Shown here piece by piece: positions 9,459 to 19,145 of a stretch of 64,000 nucleotides of DNA. The notes beneath the pieces were generated by a model. The model saw only the letters and a program-made list of their open reading frames with translations, was not told the DNA's origin and did not search any database. Each line of letters opens with the position of its first letter. Positions within the stretch are counted from its first letter, which is position 1. Source of the stretch: Clostridium sp. (GTDB lineage Bacteria > Bacillota > Clostridia > TANB77 > CAG-508); NCBI GenBank assembly GCA_018371855.1, contig JAHAKD010000001.1, positions 219,478-283,477 of the forward strand. The letters are read 5' to 3'. The position numbers and the translations under genes are program-made.

Positions 9459-11576
9459 ATGGGAAAAATTTTAATTATTGCAGAAAAAAATAGTATGGCT
9501 AGAGATATTGTTTCAGCTATAGGAGGTTGTTCTTACAACAAAAAAGAAAGCTATTACGAAAATAATAAGTATATTGTAATGAGCTTACTAGGACATGTTA
9601 TGACATTGTATGATATGGAAGATTATGATGAAAAGTTAAAAGCTTGGGATTTAGATTATTTACCATTCTTTCCACCAAAATGGAAATTAAAAGTAAAAAA
9701 AGAAGCTTATTTAAAACAAAAATACAATTTAGCTCAAAAACTAATAACATCTAAAGATGTAGATGAAATAATTAATGCAGGAGATCCAGATACAGAAGGA
9801 GAAGTCCTTGTAAATGAGGTAGTCTATTCGGTGTTTGAGGGTAAACATATACAAAAACCTGTAAAAAGAATTTGGATAAAAGACCATGTAGCAAGAACAA
9901 TTTTACAAGAATTAAAATATGCAAGAGATATAAAAAATACTAATAACGTATATCAAGAAGGATTAGCAAGAAGCCACATAGACTGGCTATATGGTATAAA
10001 TTTAACAAGATATGTTACTATAATGGCTAATGCTAATACAACATTTAACACGGGTAGAGTAATTATTCCAGCTGTTAAATATGTATATGATAGAGATTTA
10101 GAAATAGAAAATTTTAAGCCTAAAAAATACTATGTTGTAGTACCAACAATTACAAAAGATAATAAAGATATTAAACTGAATTTTAGTGATTTAAAATTTG
10201 ATACAAAAGAAGAAGCAGAAAGTAGCTTAGGAAGCTTAAAAAATGGAAAAATAAAAGTAGTAGAAATAGAAAAACAAGAAAAGAAAAAAGAGCCTAAAAA
10301 ACTATTTTCTCTATCTACATTACAAGTCTACATGTCAAAGAAATTTAAGTATAGTCCAGATGATACTTTAAATACAGTTCAAAAATTATACGAAGCAGGA
10401 TATTTAACATACCCAAGAACTAATTCAGAATACATGACAGAAGCAGAAATTACTAAAGCAGAAAATATTATAAAAGCATTAAATAATAAAGGATTTACAG
10501 ATGTAGAAATAAAAAAGACAAAGAAGATTTTTGATGACTCTAAAATTGATAGCCATAGTGCTATTACTCCTACAGAGAAAATAGCAGATTTAAATAATTT
10601 GTCTGGAAAAGAAAAAGAACTATATGAAGTTGTACGAAATCGATTTTTAGCAAACTTTGTTAAAGAAGAATGTAAATTAGATGTAACTAAAATAACTTTT
10701 GAATTTGGAAATTATAAATGTAATTTAACAGGAACAATAATAAAACAATTAGGATATTTAAAATATGAAAATGATTTAAATGAAAAGGATTTACCAAAAT
10801 TTGAAGAAGAAGAAATGTTTACCCCTAAACATTTAGATTTAGAAGAAAAAGTAACAACTCCTACTGGAAAAGTTACAGAAGCAGAATTAATACAATTCTT
10901 CAATAAGCCATTTAAAAATTTTGATAAAGAAGAAACAGAAGATGATGAATTAGATGATACAGAAGATTATAAGAAATTATTAAAAGGTATTGAAATTGGT
11001 ACAGAAGCAACTAGAGCTTCTACAATAAAAAAAATAATAGATATTTATTATATTTCAAAAGATAAAAATGGAAAATTATCAATTACAGATAAAGGAAGAG
11101 CTTTTATAGAGATACTTAAAAAATTGAATATTAATTTATGGAAAGAAAAAACTGTAGAATTATCTCAAAAACTAAAAGAAGTACATAATTCAAAAACAAC
11201 TGTAGATGAAGTAGAAAAAGAAGCAAAAGATGAAATTAAAAATATTATAAATCAAAAAGTAGAAAATGTAGCAGTTTCTAATTTAAATATAAATAATTCC
11301 AATAATAAAAATACTAACAAAGAAATTGGAATATGTCCTTTATGTGGTAAAAATGTTATTGCTTTAAAAGGAAAATATGGAACTTTTTATAAATGTTCTA
11401 ATTGTGATTTTAAAATTAGTGGTAAAATAGCAGGGAAAACAATTACGCAATCAATCGTTAAAGAATTATTAAAAAATGGAGAAACAAAAAATATAGATGG
11501 ATTCATCTCCAAAAATGGTAAAGAGTTTGCAGGTAAACTTTGTTTAAATAATAATAAAATTGAATTTAAATTTTAA
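9459..11576 (+). CDS. topB: Type IA DNA topoisomerase (Topo III-like) with C-terminal zinc ribbon
   Basis: TOPRIM motifs ILIIAEKNSMARDI and DPDTEGE. Active-site region GYLTYPRTNSEY. CPLCGKNV...CSNCDF. Start ATG 9459 lies 8 nt after AAGGAGGA. Confidence 0.85.
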   Translation: MGKILIIAEKNSMARDIVSAIGGCSYNKKESYYENNKYIVMSLLGHVMTLYDMEDYDEKLKAWDLDYLPFFPPKWKLKVKKEAYLKQKYNLAQKLITSKDVDEIINAGDPDTEGEVLVNEVVYSVFEGKHIQKPVKRIWIKDHVARTILQELKYARDIKNTNNVYQEGLARSHIDWLYGINLTRYVTIMANANTTFNTGRVIIPAVKYVYDRDLEIENFKPKKYYVVVPTITKDNKDIKLNFSDLKFDTKEEAESSLGSLKNGKIKVVEIEKQEKKKEPKKLFSLSTLQVYMSKKFKYSPDDTLNTVQKLYEAGYLTYPRTNSEYMTEAEITKAENIIKALNNKGFTDVEIKKTKKIFDDSKIDSHSAITPTEKIADLNNLSGKEKELYEVVRNRFLANFVKEECKLDVTKITFEFGNYKCNLTGTIIKQLGYLKYENDLNEKDLPKFEEEEMFTPKHLDLEEKVTTPTGKVTEAELIQFFNKPFKNFDKEETEDDELDDTEDYKKLLKGIEIGTEATRASTIKKIIDIYYISKDKNGKLSITDKGRAFIEILKKLNINLWKEKTVELSQKLKEVHNSKTTVDEVEKEAKDEIKNIINQKVENVAVSNLNINNSNNKNTNKEIGICPLCGKNVIALKGKYGTFYKCSNCDFKISGKIAGKTITQSIVKELLKNGETKNIDGFISKNGKEFAGKLCLNNNKIEFKF

Positions 11577-11589
11577 ATTTTAAAAAAAG

Positions 11590-11622
11590 AAGATTTATAC
11601 TAATATTTTAAATCTTTTTTTT
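11590..11622 (+). terminator. Rho-independent terminator after topB
   Basis: AAGATTTA-N11-TAAATCTT followed by a T-run. Confidence 0.6.
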
Positions 11623-11953
11623 ATATGTTAAATTATTCATTTTTTAGATTATAAAAAGAAAAATAAACTTTTAGATATTGTAGAATATATATCTAAAAAA
11701 ATATAAAATTTTAAAGACAAAAAATAATTTTTGTCTTTTTTTGTGCTTATTTTTTAAAAAATTTATAATGTTTATAGGTAAACACTATAATTCTAATAAG
11801 ATTAAATTCATTTTTAAATTAATAATCTAGTAATATAATTCATCAACTATTTTTTAAAAATGGCTTAGAATTAATTTTCAAAAGCCATTTTTCATTTCTT
11901 TTTTTGAAAATTCAATAAAGATAATTTTCATATAAAAAAAAATTTAAATATAA

Positions 11954-12009
11954 AATGCAATATTTTTGAAATATTTTTAACGAAAATTACGCTTTTTTCC
12001 TTTTATAAT
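11954..12009 (+). promoter_or_regulatory. Conserved promoter cassette, subtype II (P1, upstream of parB)
   Basis: AATGCAATATTTTTGAAATATTTTTAACGAAAATTACG...TATAAT. Near-identical to 17203-17258 and 45821-45876. Confidence 0.55.
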
Positions 12010-12044
12010 TTTTATAAATAAAAAAACAAGGAGGAATGATTAGT

Positions 12045-13184
12045 ATGGAAAACATAAAAAATGGAACACCAATAAAAAATAATCCTAGAGGAACTTTTAT
12101 TCCATTGATAAGAAATAATCTTCAAAGATTACAAATTGCAATGGACGAAGCTAAAAAATTTGTTGATGAAGGATTAAGTTATAATGAAGTTTTAAAAAAG
12201 GTAGATTCAAGAGTTTTATTTGTTGAAGATATTGACAAATTATTTGAAGGAAAAAGTAAAGAAGGTAATCAAAAAACAAACATTCAAGATGAAAATTATG
12301 AAAATTTAGTAGAAGAGAATAGAGAGGAATTGCCTTTTGAAAATGAAATAATTGAAGAAGAATCTATCAATACAGAAGAAAAAGGCAATATGGAGGAAAT
12401 GTTTATAGGTAAACATTCGGAAGAAAATAATAATTTTGAAGAAATTGATATTAACAATATATATGCAAATGAAGAACAGGCAAGAAAAGAATTTAATGAA
12501 TCTGAAATAAATGAATTAGCAAATTCTATTAAACGCTATGGATTACTTAGCCCTATCATTGTAGCCAAAACAGGAGATAATCACTATATGATAGTTGCTG
12601 GAGAAAGAAGATGGAGAGCTTGTAAATCTTTAAATTTGGATAAAATAAAATGTCAAATAATAAATAATGAAGAAGAAGATTTAGATTTTATATCTTTAAT
12701 AGAAAATTTTCAAAGAAAAGATCTAAATCCAATAGAAAAAGCAGTTGCATTAAATAATGTTATGAGCAAATATGAACTAACGCAAGAAGAATTAGCTGAA
12801 AAATTGGGAAAAGCTAGAAGTACAGTAACAAATATTTTAAGAATTTTGGATTTAGATAGTAGAGTTTTAGATTTACTTAAAGAAAAAAAGCTTACCTATA
12901 AACATTGCAAAACTTTATTATCAATAAAAGATCAAGAAAAACAGTATCAAAAAGCCTTAGAATTAATAGAAAATGATGTATCTTCTACCAAAGCCGAGGA
13001 AGAAATAAAACAAGAGGAAGAAAAGGAAAATTTACCACCAATATATATGGAAATAGAGCAAAAATGTCAAAATATTTTTGGTGAAAATCTTAAAATTCAA
13101 GCCAAACCTAAATCAAAAACTGTATCTTTTAAATTTAAAACTGATGAAGAATTAGAAAAATTTTTAAATTTATTAAAAAAATAG
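12045..13184 (+). CDS. parB: ParB/Spo0J-family partition protein with long acidic N-terminal extension
   Basis: ELANSIKRYGLLSPIIVAKTGDNHYMIVAGERRWRACKSL is the ParB box. HTH QEELAEKLGKARSTVTNILR. ATG 12045 lies 9 nt after GGAGGA. Confidence 0.85.
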   Translation: MENIKNGTPIKNNPRGTFIPLIRNNLQRLQIAMDEAKKFVDEGLSYNEVLKKVDSRVLFVEDIDKLFEGKSKEGNQKTNIQDENYENLVEENREELPFENEIIEEESINTEEKGNMEEMFIGKHSEENNNFEEIDINNIYANEEQARKEFNESEINELANSIKRYGLLSPIIVAKTGDNHYMIVAGERRWRACKSLNLDKIKCQIINNEEEDLDFISLIENFQRKDLNPIEKAVALNNVMSKYELTQEELAEKLGKARSTVTNILRILDLDSRVLDLLKEKKLTYKHCKTLLSIKDQEKQYQKALELIENDVSSTKAEEEIKQEEEKENLPPIYMEIEQKCQNIFGENLKIQAKPKSKTVSFKFKTDEELEKFLNLLKK

Positions 13185-13193
13185 CTAATACAA

Positions 13194-13321
13194 AATGTTC
13201 CCTTATAAACATTTTGAGCAGTAAAAACAATGTGCTTTTTTAAGTTTTACATTATAGTAGAGGGCTTGCCCCTCTAGATGTTCATACGCACGACACGGTG
13301 CGTTTATCCTGCGTTTAACTA
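13194..13321 (-). repeat. Right copy of ~127-bp inverted repeat; candidate oriT next to the relaxase operon
   Basis: Reverse complement matches 9315-9441, apart from an 8-nt variable block and a divergent middle segment. Confidence 0.8.
13305..13312 (+). other. Candidate nic site TATCCTG|C
   Basis: Matches the IncP/Ti-type nick-region consensus YATCCTG|Y. The nick position is 8 nt 3' of hairpin ACGCAC-N6-GTGCGT and ~45 nt upstream of the RHH accessory gene. Confidence 0.4.
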
Positions 13322-13355
13322 TACTATATATCAAGAAATGGGAGGCAAAAATATA

Positions 13356-13829
13356 ATGGAAGAGAAAAAAGAACAAAAAGTAACTAAATATAAAAAATCT
13401 AAAGCAAAGCAAAAAACCTTTTATATTTCAGATAAATTAAATAAGACATTAATAAATTACCAATCAGAAAAACAATATACATCTTTTTCTGAAACAATGA
13501 ACAATATTCTAAAGGAATATTTTAGCGTGCAAGCTAATAAAGACAATATTACTATGATTACGGAAATTTTAAGAAATGTAATAAGACAAGAATTAAATAG
13601 TAAATTTGAAAGACAAATTGCATTAGAAGTAAAAGGTCTAAAAAATAATTTGTCGAACTCTTATTTACAGGCAAAAATACTGTCAGTTCTATTTAATTCA
13701 GATGATGATAAAGAATTTATGAGAAATGCAATTAAGGAAGCAAACGCAATAGGTTATAAAGCTATTAAAAATTATGATATAAAAACTGACTTTGAAAAAT
13801 TAGCAAATTTGGATAAAGGAGAAAATTAA
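13356..13829 (+). CDS. Ribbon-helix-helix relaxosome accessory-like protein
   Basis: ATG 13356 after GGGAGGCAAAAATATA. KTFYISDKLNKTLINYQSEKQYTSFSETMNNILKEYF is an RHH-like pattern. Located immediately upstream of the relaxase. Confidence 0.5.
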   Translation: MEEKKEQKVTKYKKSKAKQKTFYISDKLNKTLINYQSEKQYTSFSETMNNILKEYFSVQANKDNITMITEILRNVIRQELNSKFERQIALEVKGLKNNLSNSYLQAKILSVLFNSDDDKEFMRNAIKEANAIGYKAIKNYDIKTDFEKLANLDKGEN

Positions 13830-13831
13830 AA

Positions 13832-14008
13832 ATGATTTTTTGTAGTTTTTGTGGAGATAAAATAGAACCATTAAATATTTTTTATCATGATAAGAGAAAT
13901 AATAAAAACTATTGTGAGATATGTTTAGATACATATATTGCACAAGACAAGTTAAAAGTTATAAATGAAAATGGTGAAAAATTAGAAAGAAGTGTTGCTA
14001 ATGAATAA
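13832..14008 (+). CDS. Small zinc-ribbon protein (58 aa)
   Basis: CSFCGDK...CEICLD (two CxxC pairs). Tightly packed between the RHH and relaxase genes. Confidence 0.4.
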   Translation: MIFCSFCGDKIEPLNIFYHDKRNNKNYCEICLDTYIAQDKLKVINENGEKLERSVANE

Positions 14009-15713
14009 TGCTCCAGTTGTATTTAAATGGATTAATAAACAAGAAATATATAGTAAAAGAACTAATCAAGCAAAAGATAATAGATTACAAGCCCATATTG
14101 ATAGATGTCATATTGATTATATTGCTACAAAAGCAGAAGCTGTTAAAAACGAATATGGTGAACATGCGTTATTTGGAACTATCTATGATAAAAAAGGTAT
14201 TCCTCTTGAAGTAGAAAAAATGTCTTTAAGTGATATTAGAAAAAGAGTAGGGGAGATTACCCAAAATGATGGTGATGTTTTCAAAACAATTATAAGTTTA
14301 GATGGTGATGACGCATTAGAGCAACAATATAATACTAGAGAAAAATGGAAAGAACTCGTTGAACATAAAATAGAGGAAATAAGAAAATCTGTCAAACCAG
14401 AAATTCCAGTAGAAAATTTTGAGTATGCAGTTTCTTTTCATGCAAAAGAAGGACACCCTCATGTTCATATTGATTTTTGGAATAATAAAGATTATGAGAA
14501 TACAACTAAAAAGCCATTTATAAATTATAAAAATATTAGAAAAGAATTTGTTAAAGAAATATTTTGTAATAAATTACAAGAATTGTATAACGTAAAAAAT
14601 GTTTCAAAAAAAGAAATTTCAATTTTAGCAAAAGATGAATTAGAAAGATATAAAAAAGATTTAATAAATGCCTTAAATTTGAAAAATCTTGAACTAAATA
14701 TAGTAGATACTACTAAAGAAGAAAAATTAATAAAAGATATTTCTAATAAATTGAAAGTCGGACAAAAAATATATTTATATGATAAAGATTATCCTAATAA
14801 TTTCACAGAAATTAAAAAAGTTAGGAAATGGTACGAAAGCAAGAAATTTAATAATGTAAAGAAGTGGTATAAAGATAAACTTGAATTTAAAAATAATGGA
14901 AAAAAAGGGATCTTATATAAAGAAGATACTTTATCAGATACAGCTTCTTTCTTAAAAGATTTTAATGAAATAGGAATTGCAAAAAGTAGTTTAGAACTTG
15001 AAACGATAATAAAAAATACAACAGAAGAAGATTTAAAAATAAGTAATCTTTTAAAAGAAGTTATGCCAGAAGAGATACCAGATAGAATTTTAGATTATAG
15101 ATTTAAAGAAGAAAATTTTGAAATAATATCAAGCAAACTTCAGGATTTAAAAAATATCACGAATAATTTTGAAAAAGGATTCAAGTATCAATATCAAACA
15201 CCAGAAGTAAAGCAAGCAATAGATGATATTTCTAAATTAATTTTAAATACTTCGATGGAATGTAAAGAAATGTTTTATGAATATATTAATTCCGAAATAG
15301 AAGCAAGTAAATATTTAGCAGATATAGAAAATTCTACTGACTACGAAAGAGTAAAACAAAGAGCTAAAGATACTATGTATTCTAAGATAGGGAATCAAAT
15401 TTTGCAATTTATAAAAAATACTAAAAGCGAAGCAAGAGAAGAAAATTGGAAAAAAAGGCAAGAAGAATATGAAAATAAAAAAGCAGAATATGAAATAAAT
15501 AGGAAACAAAGTCAGATTGATTATAAAAAGAGAAATGAAACGAAGAATTTAATTAAATCAGTATTTTCTACATTAGACGAAGAAAATACTGTAAATCAAG
15601 CAAGAAATACTAGACTTAAAGAAAGTTTTAAAAATATGTCAAAAGAAGCTAAAAGAGAATGGATTAAAAAAATGCGTAATTCATCTGGTTTTGACTGGGG
15701 ATTTGATAGGTAA
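14001..15713 (+). CDS. Conjugative relaxase (HUH-type, MOBP/MobL-like)
   Basis: N-terminal Tyr motif HIDYIATKAEAV. His cluster FHAKEGHPHVHIDFWN. Sits next to the oriT-like repeat. Long coiled-coil C-terminus. An alternative GTG start is at 13992. Confidence 0.6.
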   Translation: MNNAPVVFKWINKQEIYSKRTNQAKDNRLQAHIDRCHIDYIATKAEAVKNEYGEHALFGTIYDKKGIPLEVEKMSLSDIRKRVGEITQNDGDVFKTIISLDGDDALEQQYNTREKWKELVEHKIEEIRKSVKPEIPVENFEYAVSFHAKEGHPHVHIDFWNNKDYENTTKKPFINYKNIRKEFVKEIFCNKLQELYNVKNVSKKEISILAKDELERYKKDLINALNLKNLELNIVDTTKEEKLIKDISNKLKVGQKIYLYDKDYPNNFTEIKKVRKWYESKKFNNVKKWYKDKLEFKNNGKKGILYKEDTLSDTASFLKDFNEIGIAKSSLELETIIKNTTEEDLKISNLLKEVMPEEIPDRILDYRFKEENFEIISSKLQDLKNITNNFEKGFKYQYQTPEVKQAIDDISKLILNTSMECKEMFYEYINSEIEASKYLADIENSTDYERVKQRAKDTMYSKIGNQILQFIKNTKSEAREENWKKRQEEYENKKAEYEINRKQSQIDYKKRNETKNLIKSVFSTLDEENTVNQARNTRLKESFKNMSKEAKREWIKKMRNSSGFDWGFDR

Positions 15714-15736
15714 ATTAAGAAAGGAGAAGATTAAAA

Positions 15737-16927
15737 ATGATTGAACGTGATGAACATGGTCAAGCAATAATTGAAAAAAGAGAAAAATATATTTATGTAT
15801 CTTCCGAGCAAGAAAATTGGCTAGAAGAAGTAATGAACGAAAAGAAAATTATTTTATCTCAACGTTTTATGAATATTTATAATGTTATAAATTTCTTTTC
15901 TGGTACATTACAGAATTTAAACGGTATAGACTATTTTGTAATCGTTCTAAAAGCTTTTAAAGGATCTTCTAAAGATGATGAGATATTAAGCATGTTAAAA
16001 TTACTTCTTCAAAAAGAAACTTGTAAAATAATTGTAGTAGATCAAGGAGTAAAGAAAGGAAATGTATTAATTTCTGACATCATTAAACTTGGAATATATA
16101 ATTGTATAACACCAGGAGATGACAATTTAGCAAAAAGCTTGTTAAAAAAAGCTGTAACTGGAGGTATGACTTATTCTGACACAATGGCTTTCAGAGTAGA
16201 TGAGGCAACAATAAATATAAATCAAAATACAAAAGTAATAAAAAATAACTTTATAAAAGTAAAAACAAACATATCTATTGGTATAGCAAGTACCGAAAGA
16301 CATTTAGGGGCAACTACTGTAGCAATAAATTTAGTAAATTGGCTAAATCAAATACCTAATACTACAGCATGTTATATAGAAAATAATAATCATAATTCAA
16401 TAAAAAGTTTAGAAAACTATAAAGAATCAGCAGTAAATGAAGAAGAAGGAAAGATTACTATCAATAGAATAAACTATTATCAAAAGCCAAATTCTGAAAC
16501 ACTAGCAAGAATACAAGCAACACAATATGACTTTTATGTATATGATTACGGAAACTATAATGAAATGACTGAAATTGAAAAAAATTCTTTTGTAAAATCT
16601 GATTTAAAAATCTTAGTTTCTGGTTCAAAAGCATGGGAAACAGACAATTTAATAAATGCCTTGATGGTATTAAATAAAGATGTAAATACCTTTCTTTTAA
16701 TTAATTTTACAGAATTAGAAGAAAGACAAAATTTCAAAGAAAGTATTGGGGAGGAGTGGAGTAATAAAACTTTCTTTATTGATAATACTCCTAATCCATT
16801 TAAACTAAATAGTAATACAAATATATTTGAAAAATTATTTACACCTTACTTACAAAATACAGAAATAAAGGAAAAAAAGAAGAAATTTAAATTTAATTTA
16901 TTTGGAAAAAAGGGTGATAAAAAATGA
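15737..16927 (+). CDS. Hypothetical protein with degenerate ParA/MinD-like P-loop region
   Basis: 396-aa ORF with RBS AGGAGAAG. ISIGIASTERHLGATTVAINL resembles a deviant Walker A segment. The assignment is weak. Confidence 0.35.
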   Translation: MIERDEHGQAIIEKREKYIYVSSEQENWLEEVMNEKKIILSQRFMNIYNVINFFSGTLQNLNGIDYFVIVLKAFKGSSKDDEILSMLKLLLQKETCKIIVVDQGVKKGNVLISDIIKLGIYNCITPGDDNLAKSLLKKAVTGGMTYSDTMAFRVDEATININQNTKVIKNNFIKVKTNISIGIASTERHLGATTVAINLVNWLNQIPNTTACYIENNNHNSIKSLENYKESAVNEEEGKITINRINYYQKPNSETLARIQATQYDFYVYDYGNYNEMTEIEKNSFVKSDLKILVSGSKAWETDNLINALMVLNKDVNTFLLINFTELEERQNFKESIGEEWSNKTFFIDNTPNPFKLNSNTNIFEKLFTPYLQNTEIKEKKKKFKFNLFGKKGDKK

Positions 16928-17199
16928 AAGAAAAGCAAAGTGTAGCAGAAAAATTAAAAATAAAAAAAGAGGTTGAAGCAGTAAAGAAAAATTTAAATTT
17001 AAATAATAACGAAAAAATCATTATTAATAAACAATCAAAAATTGAAAAGATTTTTAAATTTATTATTACATTTATTAAAACTTTAATTAAAATAATCTTC
17101 TTTATTTTAGTTGGAGTTCTTGTTACTGTTGGTATAACAGTATTAATTAATGAAAATACAAGAGAAATCTTTCTAAACAATATACATATTTTTAAATAA
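16924..17199 (+). CDS. Small membrane protein
   Basis: ATGA overlap with the previous gene. C-terminal TM helix IIFFILVGVLVTVGITVLI. Confidence 0.5.
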   Translation: MKEKQSVAEKLKIKKEVEAVKKNLNLNNNEKIIINKQSKIEKIFKFIITFIKTLIKIIFFILVGVLVTVGITVLINENTREIFLNNIHIFK

Positions 17200-17202
17200 A
17201 AC

Positions 17203-17258
17203 AATGCAATATTTTTGAAATATTTTTACCAAAAACTACTAACTTTTTATACTATAAT
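17203..17258 (+). promoter_or_regulatory. Conserved promoter cassette, subtype II (P2, upstream of the sortase operon)
   Basis: AATGCAATATTTTTGAAATATTTTTACCAAAAACTAC...TATAAT. Confidence 0.55.
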
Positions 17259-17288
17259 TTTTTTATTGTAAATAAGAAAAGGAGGTTT

Positions 17289-17906
17289 TTGAAGTTGTTT
17301 AAGAAAAACAAAAAAGAAGAGAAGAAAGAAAAAGGAAAAATATCAAAGAAGAAGAAAATCATTATTTCAATATCCATTTTAGTGTTAATCATAGTTATTA
17401 CTATTACAAGTATTTTATTAGTCAATTATTTTAATAATAAAGATAAAGATGAATCTATTATTGATACTAATACAATGAGTATAACAAATACATCAGATGA
17501 TAATCAAGAACAAGAACAAGGAGTAATTGCATATTTAACAATCCCTTCTATTTTACTTACAAATGCTCCAGTTAAAGAAGGTACAGATATGGAAACATTA
17601 AATAATTATTTAGGACATTTTACAGATTCAGCTTATCTTGAAGGGAACGTTGCTATTGCTGGTCATAATAGAGGATATGAAAAAAATTATCTTGAAAATT
17701 TAGATAAAGTAAAACAAGGCGATGAAATTACATATCAAACTAAATATCAGACTAAAAAATATAAAGTATCAGAAATAAAAACAATTAAAGATAAAGATGT
17801 ATATGTAATCGAAAATACTCCTGAAAATAAAATTACATTAATTACTTGCGTTAAAAATAAAGGAAGTCTTAGATTATGTATTGTGGGAGATGAAGTAAAA
17901 GAATGA
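17289..17906 (+). CDS. Sortase (transpeptidase)
   Basis: N-terminal TM anchor, catalytic His in VAIAGHNRG, the TLITC Cys motif and a downstream Arg (SLRLC). TTG start; an alternative TTG is at 17295. Confidence 0.8.
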   Translation: MKLFKKNKKEEKKEKGKISKKKKIIISISILVLIIVITITSILLVNYFNNKDKDESIIDTNTMSITNTSDDNQEQEQGVIAYLTIPSILLTNAPVKEGTDMETLNNYLGHFTDSAYLEGNVAIAGHNRGYEKNYLENLDKVKQGDEITYQTKYQTKKYKVSEIKTIKDKDVYVIENTPENKITLITCVKNKGSLRLCIVGDEVKE

Positions 17907-18367
17907 ATTTAAAGGAAAAAGTGAAAGATATATTTCAAGAACTTTTAGAAAATTTTGAAAATAAAGAAGAAGAGAAAGAGGCTTTAGAAGGAAAAGAATA
18001 TCTTTCTAAAAATGAAATTAACTTGCTAGATACATTTACATATAAAAATCTATGGAAAGATTTGTGTATTTGTGTAGATAATAAATTTTTTAATGTAAAT
18101 CCAGAAAAAGTGATAATTGATAATAAAGGTGATGTCTTTTATCAAGATAAAGAAGAAAGATTATATATTGGAAAAATAGAAGATACAATATATTATTTTA
18201 ACAATTTAAATGATAAATACGAAAAAATTAATGTAGATAAATTTTGTACTTCTACAGAATTTATAATTAAAGGTGTTAAACTAACTCAATATTTAAAAGA
18301 AAAATTAGATAATAAATTTTTCATAAATGTTATAAACATGAAGAGAGGAGTAAATATAAATGGTTAA
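17903..18367 (+). CDS. Hypothetical protein
   Basis: 154-aa ORF with ATGA overlap with the sortase gene. Confidence 0.6.
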   Translation: MNLKEKVKDIFQELLENFENKEEEKEALEGKEYLSKNEINLLDTFTYKNLWKDLCICVDNKFFNVNPEKVIIDNKGDVFYQDKEERLYIGKIEDTIYYFNNLNDKYEKINVDKFCTSTEFIIKGVKLTQYLKEKLDNKFFINVINMKRGVNING

Positions 18368-19124
18368 AATTTTATTGATTTTATCAGTAATTATAAATGT
18401 AATTTTAATAGTTAAAGTTTTAAAACAAAGAAACGAATTAAATGAGTTTTATGAAGAAGATGAAGAAGAATATGAAAATAGTTTAAATGATGATAGCAAT
18501 AATACCAATGAAAATTCAGATAAGGTAAATTACATATACAAATATATTAAAAATGAAAGAGAAGGACTTTTAGCAAGAATTAAAGACAATAATTTAAATT
18601 ATCAAACTGAATATACAAATTTGAAAAAACAGTTAAATGAAAAAGATGAAGTAATAAAACAACAAGAAGATCAAATTCAAAAGTTACTAAATGAAATTAG
18701 TAGTTTGGAAACTATTAAAGAACAACAACTAAAAGAAGAATCTATAATAGAAGAGAAACCTAAAAAAACAAGAAAAAAGAGAAAAACACAGGAGAATGAA
18801 AATATAGAAATTGAGAAAGATAAAACAAGTAATAGTGAAGAAGATTTAGTAAACTTATTATTTGAAAAAGAAGAAAATAAGAAAGTAGATTCAAAACTTG
18901 CTAAAATGCAAAAAGGAGAACTTTTAAATTATTTTACTAATTTGTTTAATACTTTAAGAAATGGAGATCCATCAAATAAAGAAGTACAAGAAACTTATAC
19001 AAATGCGATTAAAGATATAAGAGATTATGAAGAAGCAAAACAAATTTCTACAGGTTTGGTAACAGAAGAAGGAAAATTAAAGATGAGAAGTTTAATGAAT
19101 TACATAGACCAGTTACAAATGTAA
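18360..19124 (+). CDS. Membrane-anchored coiled-coil protein
   Basis: N-terminal TM helix ILLILSVIINVILIV, then a K/E-rich coiled coil. Confidence 0.6.
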   Translation: MVKILLILSVIINVILIVKVLKQRNELNEFYEEDEEEYENSLNDDSNNTNENSDKVNYIYKYIKNEREGLLARIKDNNLNYQTEYTNLKKQLNEKDEVIKQQEDQIQKLLNEISSLETIKEQQLKEESIIEEKPKKTRKKRKTQENENIEIEKDKTSNSEEDLVNLLFEKEENKKVDSKLAKMQKGELLNYFTNLFNTLRNGDPSNKEVQETYTNAIKDIRDYEEAKQISTGLVTEEGKLKMRSLMNYIDQLQM

Positions 19125-19145
19125 ATTACGAAGGTATTTTTATAT

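Noticed and set aside
11623-12035. The AT-rich spacer between topB and parB could contain parS or origin repeats.
   Set aside because: It contains several hairpins (about 11716-11745 and 11860-11895) but no repeated motif that I could recognise as a ParB-binding palindrome. The evidence is insufficient to call.
13203-13412. ORF 13203-13412 (-) and the N-terminal extension of 13278-13829 both span the GC-rich inverted repeat.
   Set aside because: They read through the non-coding oriT-like repeat, and the same sequence in the left copy is non-coding. The real start of the + gene is ATG 13356, which has its own RBS.
14008-14214. Alternative-frame + strand ORFs (14008-14214, 20207-20392, 47532-47786).
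   Set aside because: They are embedded in longer ORFs that carry recognisable domains (relaxase, ToxN-like, the Ser/Gly-rich protein), and they have no RBS.
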